Of a stretch of DNA of 62,260 bases, positions 17,927-27,309 are shown piece by piece (within the stretch, counting starts at the first letter, position 1; each line of letters opens with the position of its first letter). Position numbers and translations under genes: made by a program. This DNA is from Candidatus Adlerbacteria bacterium (GTDB lineage: Bacteria; Patescibacteriota; Minisyncoccia; Phycocordibacterales; SBAW01). Location of the stretch: positions 1 through 62,260 of the forward strand of contig CAIJFH010000035.1 of assembly GCA_903819895.1 (NCBI GenBank), read 5' to 3'. Under the pieces are notes generated by a model. That model saw nothing but the letters and a program-made list of their open reading frames with translations, was not told the DNA's origin and did no database searches.

Positions 17927-18166
17927 CTATTTCTGTTCTGGCAGCTCAAAGAGAACTAGAGGAAAGTTCTTTAACTCCCCTGTCTGACGATTCACGAACA
18001 CCTTAACAAGTATGCCGCTCGCAGGCAGAAAAGTTGGAGGCGAGGTATCAATATTTGCCTGAGTTATTGCATTATATCCATCCACAGCAATCCACGGTTT
18101 AACTGTTCCCGTTCCAGCATTTAACTCATCCAATTTCTTTTGAATCTTATCTGGGTCAATTTTCAT
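17927..18166 (-). CDS. Hypothetical small protein
   Basis: Tightly stacked upstream of 17675..17923. AT-rich. Confidence 0.5.
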   Translation of the reverse strand: MKIDPDKIQKKLDELNAGTGTVKPWIAVDGYNAITQANIDTSPPTFLPASGILVKVFVNRQTGELKNFPLVLFELPEQK

Positions 18167-18184
18167 AGATTAAATTCGGATATA

Positions 18185-19462
18185 CTACCCCCTCTTCTCA
18201 ATCCTCTCCCTCCCACCCATATACGGACGCAAAACTTCGGGGATGGTGATGGAGCCGTCTTCGTTTTGGTTGTTTTCGATGATTGAGATAAGGATGCGCG
18301 GGGTGGCGAGCGCAGTGTTGTTGAGCGAGTGGGCATACTGCATCGTGCCGTCTTGGTCGCGGTAGCGGATATTGAGCCGACGCGTCTGGAAGTCGTGGAA
18401 GTAGGACGACGAGTGCGTCTCGCGGTACTTACCCTCGGAGGGGACCCACGACTCAATGTCGTACTTCTTGACCTGCCCGAGCCCGAGGTCGCCGCCGCAG
18501 TTGACGACGACGTGGTACGGGATGTTGAGCCGCTGCAGCAGCCCCTCGGCATTCTGCGTCAGCTCCTCGTGGAGACGCACCGACTCCTCGTGGCTCGCCT
18601 CGCAGAGCACCACCTGCTCGAACTTAAAGAACTCGTGCACGCGCATCAAACCCTTGGTGTCCTTGCCGTGGCTGCCTGCTTCGCGGCGGAAGCACGGCGA
18701 GAACGAGATAAACTTGAGTGGCAGCTGCTCGCGCGGCAAGACCTCGCTCATGTAGTACGCCATCGTGCCGACCTCGGCGGTGCCTGCCAAAAAGTCGCCG
18801 TCTTGTGTCTTGTATAAATCCTCCTCACCCTGTGGGAGGTACCCCGTACCGAGAAACGCGACGCGCTTGACCAGCGACGGGACAAGAAGCGGCATAAACC
18901 CGCCCTTCTCGATAAAATGATTTTGCACAAACTGCCACACCGCCCAGTTGAGCAGCGCACCATCACTCTTCAGCATATAGCCGCGAAAGCCGGCGACCTT
19001 GGTGCCGCGCTCGAAGTCCGCCATGTCGAGGTTTTGCATCAGCTCGACGTGGCTCTTGGGGGTAAATGTAAAGTTCGGCTTAGTCCCCCATACTCGTGTC
19101 TCGACATTGTCGGCGTCGGAGTCGCCCTCGGGGACAGAGAGGTCGGGCACGTTGGGCACCTGCACCATCAAAAGCTGCCACTCGTGCTCGACTTCTTGCA
19201 GCTCTTTCTCTTTTGCTTGGAGCGTCTCCTTGAGCGTGCGCATCTCGGCGAGCAGCTGCTCTTTTGCTGCGGCGTCGGGTGCGGAGACAATCGCGTTTGA
19301 TGTCTCGTTTTGCTTGGCACGCATACCCTCGACCTCCTGCATCAGCGCGCGGCGCTTTTCGTCAGCAACAAGGAGCGCATCCAAATCGACGTCGATGTGC
19401 TTTTTCTTCGCACCGGCTTTAACGATATCCACATTTTCCCGGATGAATTTAATATCTAGCAT
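18185..19462 (-). CDS. serS: Serine--tRNA ligase
   Basis: Track ORF 18185..19693 trimmed to MLDIKFIRENVD. Coiled-coil arm plus class II core (FRREAGS, GLGQ). Confidence 0.95.
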   Translation of the reverse strand: MLDIKFIRENVDIVKAGAKKKHIDVDLDALLVADEKRRALMQEVEGMRAKQNETSNAIVSAPDAAAKEQLLAEMRTLKETLQAKEKELQEVEHEWQLLMVQVPNVPDLSVPEGDSDADNVETRVWGTKPNFTFTPKSHVELMQNLDMADFERGTKVAGFRGYMLKSDGALLNWAVWQFVQNHFIEKGGFMPLLVPSLVKRVAFLGTGYLPQGEEDLYKTQDGDFLAGTAEVGTMAYYMSEVLPREQLPLKFISFSPCFRREAGSHGKDTKGLMRVHEFFKFEQVVLCEASHEESVRLHEELTQNAEGLLQRLNIPYHVVVNCGGDLGLGQVKKYDIESWVPSEGKYRETHSSSYFHDFQTRRLNIRYRDQDGTMQYAHSLNNTALATPRILISIIENNQNEDGSITIPEVLRPYMGGRERIEKRG

Positions 19463-19497
19463 AGGGGCTGTATATAAGGAGTATACTGTATCGTACA

Positions 19498-20361
19498 ATG
19501 GCATACCCGATACGGCAACTGACCCCGCGCGACTTCCCAAAACTTTTGCAGGAGATCCCCGACTGCCCCAAAGCACTCTACCTGCGGGGCGAGATGCCGC
19601 CCGAGGAGTTGAAGTGGCTGTGCGTTGTCGGCTCGCGCGCATGCTCGCCCTATGGTCGGCGGCAGACGGCGAAGTTGATCGCGGGGTTGGCAAATTATCC
19701 CATCGCCATCATCTCGGGGCTTGCGCTCGGGCTCGACTCCGAGGCACACAAAGCGGCGCTTGATGTCGGGCTGCCCACGCTCGCCGTCTTACCCTCCTCT
19801 GTCGACGACGCGAGTATTTATCCATCGAGCAACCGCGCTCTCGCGCAGCGCATCTTGGCACGTGGTGGCGGGCTCGTGTCGGAGTACCCGGCACCAAACA
19901 AGGCGCAGCTGTACGGATTCCCCGCCCGCGACCGGCTGATGGCAGGGCTCTCGCACGCGACACTCATCACCGAGGCGGGAGAAAAATCGGGCACGCTCAT
20001 CACCGCTCGCCTCGCCTTGGACTACAACCGCGAGGTGATGGGCATCCCACACGAGCTCGACCGCGAGGGCGGGATGGGTGTCAATCGCCTCATCCGTGAA
20101 GGTGCGACACTCATCCGCGATAGCGACGACATTTTGCAGGTGCTTGGCATCAAGCCAAGCGACAAGCCGACGCAGCCAACGCTCCCGACCGACCTCACCC
20201 CCGCCGAGGCGGCGATCCTCACCGCACTTGTCGAGCCGATGTGCAAAGATGACCTCATCGACACTTCCCTCCTCTCTGCCCAAGATGCCAACATTGCGCT
20301 CTCCTCGCTCCAGATCCGCGGATTGCTTGTCGAGCGACTAGGAAAGGTCGAGCGCACGTAA
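19498..20361 (+). CDS. dprA: DNA-processing protein DprA (Smf)
   Basis: LCVVGSRACSPYG ... ISGLALGLDSEAHKAAL ... GTLITARLALDYNREV. Confidence 0.93.
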   Translation: MAYPIRQLTPRDFPKLLQEIPDCPKALYLRGEMPPEELKWLCVVGSRACSPYGRRQTAKLIAGLANYPIAIISGLALGLDSEAHKAALDVGLPTLAVLPSSVDDASIYPSSNRALAQRILARGGGLVSEYPAPNKAQLYGFPARDRLMAGLSHATLITEAGEKSGTLITARLALDYNREVMGIPHELDREGGMGVNRLIREGATLIRDSDDILQVLGIKPSDKPTQPTLPTDLTPAEAAILTALVEPMCKDDLIDTSLLSAQDANIALSSLQIRGLLVERLGKVERT

Positions 20362-20382
20362 ACCGCAGGTTTAACCTGCGGT
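20362..20382 (+). terminator. Hairpin after dprA
   Basis: accgcagg tttaa cctgcggt directly after the stop codon. Confidence 0.5.
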
Positions 20383-20386
20383 CGTG

Positions 20387-20414
20387 TTTGCTATATAAAT
20401 ATACTTGTGTTATT
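20387..20414 (+). repeat. Promoter/leader repeat, copy 1 (28 nt identical to 21159-21186)
   Basis: tttgctatataaatatacttgtgttatt. Downstream acatagctac (20429-38) also recurs at 21199-21208. Confidence 0.85.
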
Positions 20415-20454
20415 CTGAGACCTGCTGAACATAGCTACACCTCAAACATAAAGG

Positions 20455-20838
20455 ATGCATTTCGTGAAATATATTCTGAGTGTCGATGTGGAAGGACCAG
20501 TACCAGAAGGAGAAGGGTATTCACTCGGAGACAACTTCTCGGTAATCTTCGAGACAATGCTTCCCGAAGGGACCACCATAACCCTTCCAGACGGGAACGG
20601 ATCAGGGGCGTCAGTTGGTCGCGTCACCCCCGAAGGAAAACGCGAGTCACCATATCACGTATTTCTCTCTGCACAGGAACCAGCTGTCATGATCATCTAC
20701 TTACGGCTGGACACTGATGTTGCGAAGGGACACCTCGAAAACATCGAGGAGTACAATAGATTCTGTAACGCAATGCGCGCCGCCGGTTGGGATCACATCG
20801 ACAACGTACTGAACAGCGCATGTCAAGATGTGGTCTGA
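20455..20838 (+). CDS. Hypothetical protein (127 aa)
   Basis: Own promoter-like repeat and own terminator. No recognisable domain. Confidence 0.6.
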   Translation: MHFVKYILSVDVEGPVPEGEGYSLGDNFSVIFETMLPEGTTITLPDGNGSGASVGRVTPEGKRESPYHVFLSAQEPAVMIIYLRLDTDVAKGHLENIEEYNRFCNAMRAAGWDHIDNVLNSACQDVV

Positions 20839-20853
20839 TTACACCACGCAGAC

Positions 20854-20884
20854 AAAGGCCTCGCCCCGGCGGGGCCTTTTCGTT
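20854..20884 (+). terminator. Intrinsic terminator
   Basis: aaaggcc ... ggccttt stem followed by tcgttatt. Confidence 0.6.
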
Positions 20885-20976
20885 ATTAACGTTGACTGAG
20901 TATAAAACCTATTCGACCCAACCCATTTGCTGTCTGTTGCGATGTTTGCTATACAAAAATAGGAAGGAGAACAGCA

Positions 20977-21123
20977 ATGTCGGACATTCCTGAAGTTGAT
21001 ATCTGGACGAAGATAGAGCAAGGCAGAGACCCTCTGCCTCGTGACATACGGCTTGTCGCAAGGGCAGCAGGGGCGGTCGCCCTTCTGGCACTGCTCGTGC
21101 TCGGCTATCGCTCAATCTCTTGA
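20977..21123 (+). CDS. Small tail-anchored membrane peptide (48 aa, below the track cutoff)
   Basis: GGAAGGAG 7 nt upstream of the ATG. MSDIPEVDIWTKIEQGRDPLPRDIRLVARAAGAVALLALLVLGYRSIS. Preceded by tgtttgctata promoter-like box, followed by a terminator. Confidence 0.5.
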   Translation: MSDIPEVDIWTKIEQGRDPLPRDIRLVARAAGAVALLALLVLGYRSIS

Positions 21124-21130
21124 GACACAC

Positions 21131-21150
21131 CCCGTCGCGGCAGCGGCGGG
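21131..21150 (+). terminator. Intrinsic terminator hairpin
   Basis: cccgtcgc ggca gcggcggg, 8-bp stem. Confidence 0.55.
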
Positions 21151-21158
21151 GATTCGCA

Positions 21159-21186
21159 TTTGCTATATAAATATACTTGTGTTATT
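21159..21186 (+). repeat. Promoter/leader repeat, copy 2
   Basis: Identical 28-mer to 20387-20414. Confidence 0.85.
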
Positions 21187-21275
21187 TTGTAGTTCGGCAC
21201 ATAGCTACTGGGAGCACGCGACTGATATTTTGCTTGTTTGGAGCATACGAGAGCGAAGCAGTGAAAGAATGGCGA

Positions 21276-21407
21276 ATGAACACGTTAAGAGACGTTGAGG
21301 AAGCATTAGATGTCCGTCGAGACGCAGGATATTACCTGCGGATGGGCTTGGTGATTCTTTTTTTTCTTTCTCTCTTTCTCATCCCCCTCTACCACCTGCT
21401 CCACTAG
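21276..21407 (+). CDS. Small tail-anchored membrane peptide (43 aa)
   Basis: In-frame part of track ORF 21177..21407. MNTLRDVEEALDVRRDAGYYLRMGLVILFFLSLFLIPLYHLLH. Start uncertain. Confidence 0.4.
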   Translation: MNTLRDVEEALDVRRDAGYYLRMGLVILFFLSLFLIPLYHLLH

Positions 21408-21412
21408 AGCAA

Positions 21413-21448
21413 CCCCGCCCGGCAATGCCGCGGCGGGGACTATTTTTT
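21413..21448 (+). terminator. Intrinsic terminator
   Basis: ccccgcc ... ggcgggg extended stem followed by actatttttt. Confidence 0.75.
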
Positions 21449-21505
21449 GCTATCCTTTGCACCTTTTGAGTATCCGTTGTATTACTAGATACAACACTAC
21501 TATAT

Positions 21506-23818
21506 ATGAAACTGGTTATCGTTGAGTCGCCCGCCAAAGCGAAAACTATTGAGAAGTATCTTTCTGACATTGATGCGAAAGGTAATTTTACCGTGCGTGC
21601 GTCGGTGGGCCACGTGCGCGATTTGCCCAAGAGCAACAAGCAGGCGATCGACATCCCCGCGGGCTTTGTTCCCCACTACGAGGTTGTTGCCGGCAAGCAG
21701 CAAGTCATCGCGGATTTGAAAGCGCTCGCGAAGAAGGCGACCGAGGTGATCCTCGCGACAGACCCCGACCGCGAGGGCGAGGCGATTGCGTGGCACATAA
21801 AGGAGGAGTTGGGATTGAAAAAGCCCGCGCGCATCGTCTTCCACGAGATCACCAAAGAGGCGATTGCCGACGCGCTCGCCCACCCGCGGCTCATTGACGA
21901 AAACCTACGCTACGCACAGGAGGCGCGCCGCGTGCTCGACCGCTTGGTCGGCTACGATTTGTCGGGATTAATTTGGAAGAAGGTGCGCTATGGGTTGTCT
22001 GCCGGGCGCGTGCAGTCGCCGGCGCTGCGCATCATCATGGAGCGCGAGCGCGAGATCCGCGCGTTTATCCCCGAGACATTTTATGTGATCACGGCGCACA
22101 CCAAGACGCCGAAAAAGGAGGCATTGGTACTAACCTGTGTTGAAGAACCGAAGGATCTGTTGCCTGAAGCTGCAACTGCCGATAATAAAAATGGTGGAAA
22201 GAAGGTTGCGAAATCAGAACATACAGGACGCGAAGGTCGGATGAAAGCCGACGAGATTATCGCAGCAGTCAAAAAAGATGGGTTGGTTGTCGTGGACGTC
22301 AACGAAAGCGAGATGAAGCGCTCCCCGCGCGCGCCGTTTACGACCTCGACACTCCAGCAGGCGGCATCCTCGCGCCTTGGGTATTCACCTGCAAACACGA
22401 TGCGCATCGCGCAGAAGTTGTACGAAGCCGGACATATCACCTACATGCGCACCGACTCGACGAACCTCGGCAAACCGGCGCAGGCAGCAATCTTGGCGCA
22501 GGTGGAAAAAAAGTACGGCAAGCAGTACGCTGCAGCGCACACTTTTGCTACCAAGTCGAAGAACGCGCAGGAAGCGCACGAGGCAATACGCCCCACACAT
22601 GTCGAAAAAGAATCGCTCGGCGCGACACCCGACCAGAAAAAACTCTACGAGTTGATCTGGGAGCGCACGGTCGCCTCACAGATGGCAGACGCAAAATTGC
22701 TCAAGACGAAAGTGGTGGCAGAAGTTCCCAATCAGGAGGAACTACCCGAGGAAAAAAGAGCGCCACAATTTACGGCAAACGGCTCGCGCGTGGTGTTTGA
22801 TGGATGGCTCAAGGCCGACCCGCGTGCGCGTGGCGAGGATGTCGAGCTGCCCGAAGTCGCGGCGAAAGATCTGCTCAAGGTGGAGCAGGTTGACGCCGAG
22901 GAGAAACAGACAACGCCGCCCGCGCGATACAGCGAGGCCGGGCTCATCAAAGAGCTCGAGAAGCGTGGCATCGGCCGCCCATCAACCTATGCCTCCATCA
23001 TGAAGACGCTCGACGAGCGCGGCTATGTCGAGAAGGACGGCCGCTCGCTCAAACCCACCGACACCGGCGACGTGGTATCGACCTTCCTCGAAGACAACTT
23101 CCCCACCTACATTAGTGACACCTTTACCGCCGAGATGGAGGACGAACTGGACGATATCGCAAACGGCACGCGCGAGTATGCCAAGACCTTGAAAGATTTT
23201 TATACCCCCTTCCAGGCAGAAGTAAAAAAGAAGGACAAAGAGGCGGGCAAGATTACCGATTTGGGGCCTGCACCCGCGGAGTTTGTCTGCCCTATCTGCG
23301 AGAGCGCGATGGTCTACAAGCTGTCGCGCCAGGGCAAGTTTATGAGCTGCAGCCGCTTCCCCGACTGTACCGGCGCACGCACCGAGACCGGCGAAGTAAT
23401 CTCCAACGAGCCGTCCGCGCCGATTGGTACGCACCCCGACACAGGCGAAAACATCTACGTCCTGTCCGGCCGCTTTGGCCCGTATGTCCAGCTGGGCGAG
23501 ATGCCTGAAGGCAAGGGAAAGAGCAAAAAAGCGAAACCAAAGCGCGCGAGCATTCCTAAAGAAAAAGACCCGACGACGGTGACCATCGCCGACGCGGTGC
23601 ACTACCTGTCGCTGCCGCGCGTGCTGGGGCAGCACCCCGACACGGGCGAGCCAATCTCTGCTAACATCGGGCGCTTTGGGCCGTACATCGTGCATCAAAA
23701 GGACTTCCGCTCGCTCAAAACCGACGATGTCTACAAAATCACCCTCGCCCGCGCGCTCGAGATCCTCGCCGAGCCAAAAAAGAAAAGAGGTTTCGTGCCA
23801 CGAAAGAAAGCGGCATAG
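21506..23818 (+). CDS. topA: DNA topoisomerase I
   Basis: Toprim (LVIVESPAKAKTI, ATDPDREGE), active-site region (ITYMRTDS), C-terminal Zn ribbons. Confidence 0.97.
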   Translation: MKLVIVESPAKAKTIEKYLSDIDAKGNFTVRASVGHVRDLPKSNKQAIDIPAGFVPHYEVVAGKQQVIADLKALAKKATEVILATDPDREGEAIAWHIKEELGLKKPARIVFHEITKEAIADALAHPRLIDENLRYAQEARRVLDRLVGYDLSGLIWKKVRYGLSAGRVQSPALRIIMEREREIRAFIPETFYVITAHTKTPKKEALVLTCVEEPKDLLPEAATADNKNGGKKVAKSEHTGREGRMKADEIIAAVKKDGLVVVDVNESEMKRSPRAPFTTSTLQQAASSRLGYSPANTMRIAQKLYEAGHITYMRTDSTNLGKPAQAAILAQVEKKYGKQYAAAHTFATKSKNAQEAHEAIRPTHVEKESLGATPDQKKLYELIWERTVASQMADAKLLKTKVVAEVPNQEELPEEKRAPQFTANGSRVVFDGWLKADPRARGEDVELPEVAAKDLLKVEQVDAEEKQTTPPARYSEAGLIKELEKRGIGRPSTYASIMKTLDERGYVEKDGRSLKPTDTGDVVSTFLEDNFPTYISDTFTAEMEDELDDIANGTREYAKTLKDFYTPFQAEVKKKDKEAGKITDLGPAPAEFVCPICESAMVYKLSRQGKFMSCSRFPDCTGARTETGEVISNEPSAPIGTHPDTGENIYVLSGRFGPYVQLGEMPEGKGKSKKAKPKRASIPKEKDPTTVTIADAVHYLSLPRVLGQHPDTGEPISANIGRFGPYIVHQKDFRSLKTDDVYKITLARALEILAEPKKKRGFVPRKKAA

Positions 23819-23876
23819 TGTCTTGCTCCTCGACACTAATCCGTGCCGAAAAATCTGAGTGCGCTATACTGGGGGT

Positions 23877-25538
23877 ATGGAGCAGGGACTCAAGGAAATC
23901 TTGGACTTGATGAATGGCCCGACGGAGCGGGAGAAGGATTTTATCATGCGTGCGTACCACTTTGCCGCCGAGGCGCACAAAGATTTAAAACGCTTCTCGG
24001 GCGAGCCGTACCTCGTGCACCTGGTCGAGACAGCCAAGGGCTTGGCACAACTGGGCATGAGCCCAATCACCATCGCGGCAGGGCTCTTGCACGACTGCAT
24101 CGAGGACGCTGGCGTTAAACCCGAAGTGCTGGAAGAAAAATTTTGCAAAGAGCTCGTCTTTTTGGTCGAGGGCGTGACCAAGCTCGGGCATTTTAAATAT
24201 CGCGGCGCAGAGCGACATCGCGAAAGCTTGCGCAAGTTGCTCGTGGCGACCGGAAAGGACGCGCGGGTGCTCATCATCAAACTAATGGATCGGCTGCACA
24301 ATATCCGCACGCTCAAGTATGTCCCCGAGGAAAAGCGCCAGCGCATCGCCATTGAGACGCTCGAGATTTATGCCGCGATCGCGCACCGGCTGGGCATGGG
24401 GCTCGTGCGCCGCGAGTTGGAGGACGGCGCGTTTGAGTACGCCTATCCCGAGGAATTTCTGCAAGCAAAAAAGTTGTTGACCGAGCGCACGCGCGAGGCA
24501 GATGAGCGGCTCGAGAAGATGTCGCGCTCGCTCAAGACCGCACTTGTCGAGAATGGGATCACAAAGTTCCACATCGACTATCGCGTCAAAGGGCTGTGGA
24601 GCTTGTGGCAAAAACTCAAGCGCAAAGGCGGCGACATCGACAGCATCTACGACATATCCGCGCTGCGCGTGATTGTCCCCGATGTGGCCGACTGCTACCG
24701 CACGCTCGGCATCGCGCACGCGCTGTGGCAGCCGCTGCCCAATAAAATCAAAGATTATATCGCCTTCCCCAAGCCAAACGGCTACCAAGGGCTCCACACC
24801 ACCGTCTTTACCGGCGATGGCGGCGTGGTCGAGATCCAAATCCGCACCGAGGAGATGCACCAAGAGGCGCAGTATGGCATCGCCGCGCACGTGCTCTACA
24901 AAGAGGGCTCGGGCATTGGTGGCGACGACGACAGCACACAATTTAATCGCAAAGTTGCCCCGCCGCCGACAACACGCGGATCGTCGAGTTTTGAGTGGAT
25001 TCGCAGTTTGATCCCCTCCTTCCGCAGCGACGTGAGCGAGACAGCAGCAGCACCCAACACAGACGTGGCCCGGGTGGACGAGAAGGCAGCAACACCGGCA
25101 GCGGCAGCGGCAGAAAAAGATACGCCAAAGACCCGCCGCACACGCTACGCACCCGCCGAGACACCCGAGTGGCTCTCTGACCTCGAGAGCGAGACCAACA
25201 ACCCCGACTTCGAAACCACCATCAAGACGGACATCTTTACACATCGTATCTTTGTCTTTACGCCACGAGGCGACGCGGTCGACCTGCCGCTCAACTCAAG
25301 CCCGATCGACTTTGCCTATGCGATACACTCCGACATCGGCGAGCATGTTGCCGGTGCCAAGGTCAACGGCAAAATGGTATCGCTCGAGAGCACACTCAAA
25401 AATGGCGACATCGTCGAAATCCAAACAAAAAAGTCGGCATATCCAAAACAAAAGTGGCTCGGCTTTGCCAAGACCACGCTCGCGCGACGACATATCAGGA
25501 ACGCTCTCGAGCGCGAGAAAAAGAACAGCGTTCAGTAA
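23877..25538 (+). CDS. rel: Bifunctional (p)ppGpp synthetase/hydrolase (RelA/SpoT homologue), HD + synthetase + TGS, no ACT domain
   Basis: HD motif LLHDCIEDAG, synthetase YIAFPKPNGYQGLHTTV, TGS FVFTPRGDAVDLPLNSSPIDFAY. TATACT 23865-70 + 6 nt + ATG. Confidence 0.93.
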   Translation: MEQGLKEILDLMNGPTEREKDFIMRAYHFAAEAHKDLKRFSGEPYLVHLVETAKGLAQLGMSPITIAAGLLHDCIEDAGVKPEVLEEKFCKELVFLVEGVTKLGHFKYRGAERHRESLRKLLVATGKDARVLIIKLMDRLHNIRTLKYVPEEKRQRIAIETLEIYAAIAHRLGMGLVRRELEDGAFEYAYPEEFLQAKKLLTERTREADERLEKMSRSLKTALVENGITKFHIDYRVKGLWSLWQKLKRKGGDIDSIYDISALRVIVPDVADCYRTLGIAHALWQPLPNKIKDYIAFPKPNGYQGLHTTVFTGDGGVVEIQIRTEEMHQEAQYGIAAHVLYKEGSGIGGDDDSTQFNRKVAPPPTTRGSSSFEWIRSLIPSFRSDVSETAAAPNTDVARVDEKAATPAAAAAEKDTPKTRRTRYAPAETPEWLSDLESETNNPDFETTIKTDIFTHRIFVFTPRGDAVDLPLNSSPIDFAYAIHSDIGEHVAGAKVNGKMVSLESTLKNGDIVEIQTKKSAYPKQKWLGFAKTTLARRHIRNALEREKKNSVQ

Positions 25539-25561
25539 AATATAAAAAAACACAAACGACC

Positions 25562-26629
25562 CTAGAGCGAGAAGCTGCTTGGGTCGAATGCGTTTTCGTC
25601 GATCTCTTTTTCTTCTTGCGAGCGGTCGTCAAGATCAAGCGTAGACGAAACAACTAACGGAGGGAGTTGCGAGCCATCCGAAGCTGCAACCTGCAAAGCG
25701 AACGACTGGCCGCCCTGTTCGACAGGGCCCGAAGGAGTGAGCGGAGTAGGTTGCAGCGAAGATACTTCTGCGGATTTCATTGCAGCAGCACGGGTCGCGG
25801 CAATACGCGAGGCGAGCGCAGCAAAGAGCGTCTGGAGGTCATCCTCGGAAAAGAAGTCGATAGTGAGCTTGCCGCCGTGCTCCTTGGGCTCGATGGCGAC
25901 GCGCGTGCCGAGCGCCTCGGTCAGCTCGCGCTCCATCTCCAAAATCTCGGGCGCATAAATGTATTCTTTCTTGCGCACCTTGTCGAACGCGATGCGCCGC
26001 GCAATCGACTCTGCGTCGCGTACCGTGAGCCGCTTTTGCATAATCTCGCGAAAGAGCACGCGCTGCTCCTCGACGCGGTCGATGAGCATGAGCAAGGGTC
26101 GCGTGTGCCCTTCAGATATCTTCCCCTCCGACAGCGCCTGTTGCATCTCGGGGGTGAGCGTCAGGAGGCGGATCGTGTTCGACACATACTCGCGACTCTT
26201 GCCGACCTTCTCGGCCACCTGCGCATGTTTGAAATTAAATTCTGCAACGAGCCGCTGGAAGGCGTGTGCACGGTCAATCGGGTTGAGATCCTCGCGCTGC
26301 AAGTTCTCGATAATTGCTACCTCGAGCTTGGTCTTGTCGTCGTCGTAGTCGGCACGGATGATAACCGGCACTTGTGCCACACCGGCAATTTTTGACGCAC
26401 GCAAGCGGCGCTCGCCAGCGATGAGCTCGTACTCGGTGGCAATCCCGCCGTCGCCTTTTTCAAACTCGCGGCGCGTCACCGTGAGCGGCTGTATGACGCC
26501 ATACTGGCGGATCGACCGTGCGAGGTCATTGAGCTTTGCTTCGTCAAACTCGCGGCGCGGTTGGTAGGGGTTGGGCTTAATCTTCTCCACCTCGACCCAA
26601 AAAATCGCGTTGTTGTAAAACTCTGACAT
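25562..26629 (-). CDS. parB: Chromosome partitioning protein ParB/Spo0J
   Basis: IKPNPYQPRREF, GVIQPLTV, LIAGERRLRA, HTH region. No parA gene adjacent. Confidence 0.93.
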   Translation of the reverse strand: MSEFYNNAIFWVEVEKIKPNPYQPRREFDEAKLNDLARSIRQYGVIQPLTVTRREFEKGDGGIATEYELIAGERRLRASKIAGVAQVPVIIRADYDDDKTKLEVAIIENLQREDLNPIDRAHAFQRLVAEFNFKHAQVAEKVGKSREYVSNTIRLLTLTPEMQQALSEGKISEGHTRPLLMLIDRVEEQRVLFREIMQKRLTVRDAESIARRIAFDKVRKKEYIYAPEILEMERELTEALGTRVAIEPKEHGGKLTIDFFSEDDLQTLFAALASRIAATRAAAMKSAEVSSLQPTPLTPSGPVEQGGQSFALQVAASDGSQLPPLVVSSTLDLDDRSQEEKEIDENAFDPSSFSL

Positions 26630-26650
26630 ACGGATATACTAGCACAGTAC

Positions 26651-26735
26651 GCCGGAGTGGTGGAATGGTATACACGTGCGACTCAAAATCGCATGCCCAC
26701 GTGGCTTGAGGGTTCGAGTCCCTCCTCCGGCACCA
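26651..26735 (+). tRNA. tRNA-Leu (anticodon CAA), long variable arm, CCA encoded
   Basis: GCCGGAG acceptor, anticodon loop CTCAAAA, T-arm GGGTTCGAGTCCC. Confidence 0.9.
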
Positions 26736-26745
26736 AAACAGTTGA

Positions 26746-26779
26746 GCCAAGAGCATGCCTCTTGGCGATTACTGTTTTT
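26746..26779 (+). terminator. Terminator after tRNA-Leu
   Basis: gccaagag catgc ctcttggc followed by gattactgttttt. Confidence 0.75.
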
Positions 26780-26962
26780 GCCGAGGGAGGGACGAGAAGG
26801 CGAGCGCGGGGCACCCTGCCAGCAGGCAGGGTCGCGCGAGCAGGGTCGAGAAACTTTTTGGAGCGACGGCGACAAAAAATGTTCTTGACCGAGCATCCTC
26901 CGGCGCAGAAAATCATGCTATACTGATACTTTAGAGCGTACCCAAACTTGGAGTAAGAGTCC

Positions 26963-27202
26963 ATGATTCGCACTTGCTGCGTACCTGGCTGCAATAACAC
27001 CATCGTCGCATGCTTCGGAACAACTCTCGCCCGAGACGTGCGCGATGTCCTAGACGGAAAGCCGCTTATGCATGGCGTGCGGGAACTGTGCACACGGTGC
27101 GGGACAGAGGTCGTATTGTTTCCCGATTTCGGACACCTTCTTGCGCCAGAATACGCCGCACAGGCGCGAGAAAAGATTGCGTGGTGGTTGAGTGCCCAGT
27201 AA
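26963..27202 (+). CDS. Small Cys4 zinc-ribbon protein
   Basis: CVPGC ... CTRC pairs. GGAG 9 nt upstream. tgctatact box at 26914-26922. Confidence 0.55.
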   Translation: MIRTCCVPGCNNTIVACFGTTLARDVRDVLDGKPLMHGVRELCTRCGTEVVLFPDFGHLLAPEYAAQAREKIAWWLSAQ

Positions 27203-27309
27203 CGGGCACTTTTCTTTTGCCACTTCCCCTTTACTCGCCTATTTGATACGCTGCAACCAGACGCACTTGTGCGCATGCGTAGTTGAAATAACCACAGAGG
27301 AGCCAGATT

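Noticed and set aside
18185-19693. N-terminal extensions of many track ORFs (serS, rarA, ftsZ, desulfurase, permease, DUF4446, GatB/YqeY and others).
   Set aside because: The extensions are Arg/Pro-rich and overlap neighbouring genes. The conserved protein begins at an internal Met that is preceded by a -10 box at leaderless spacing.
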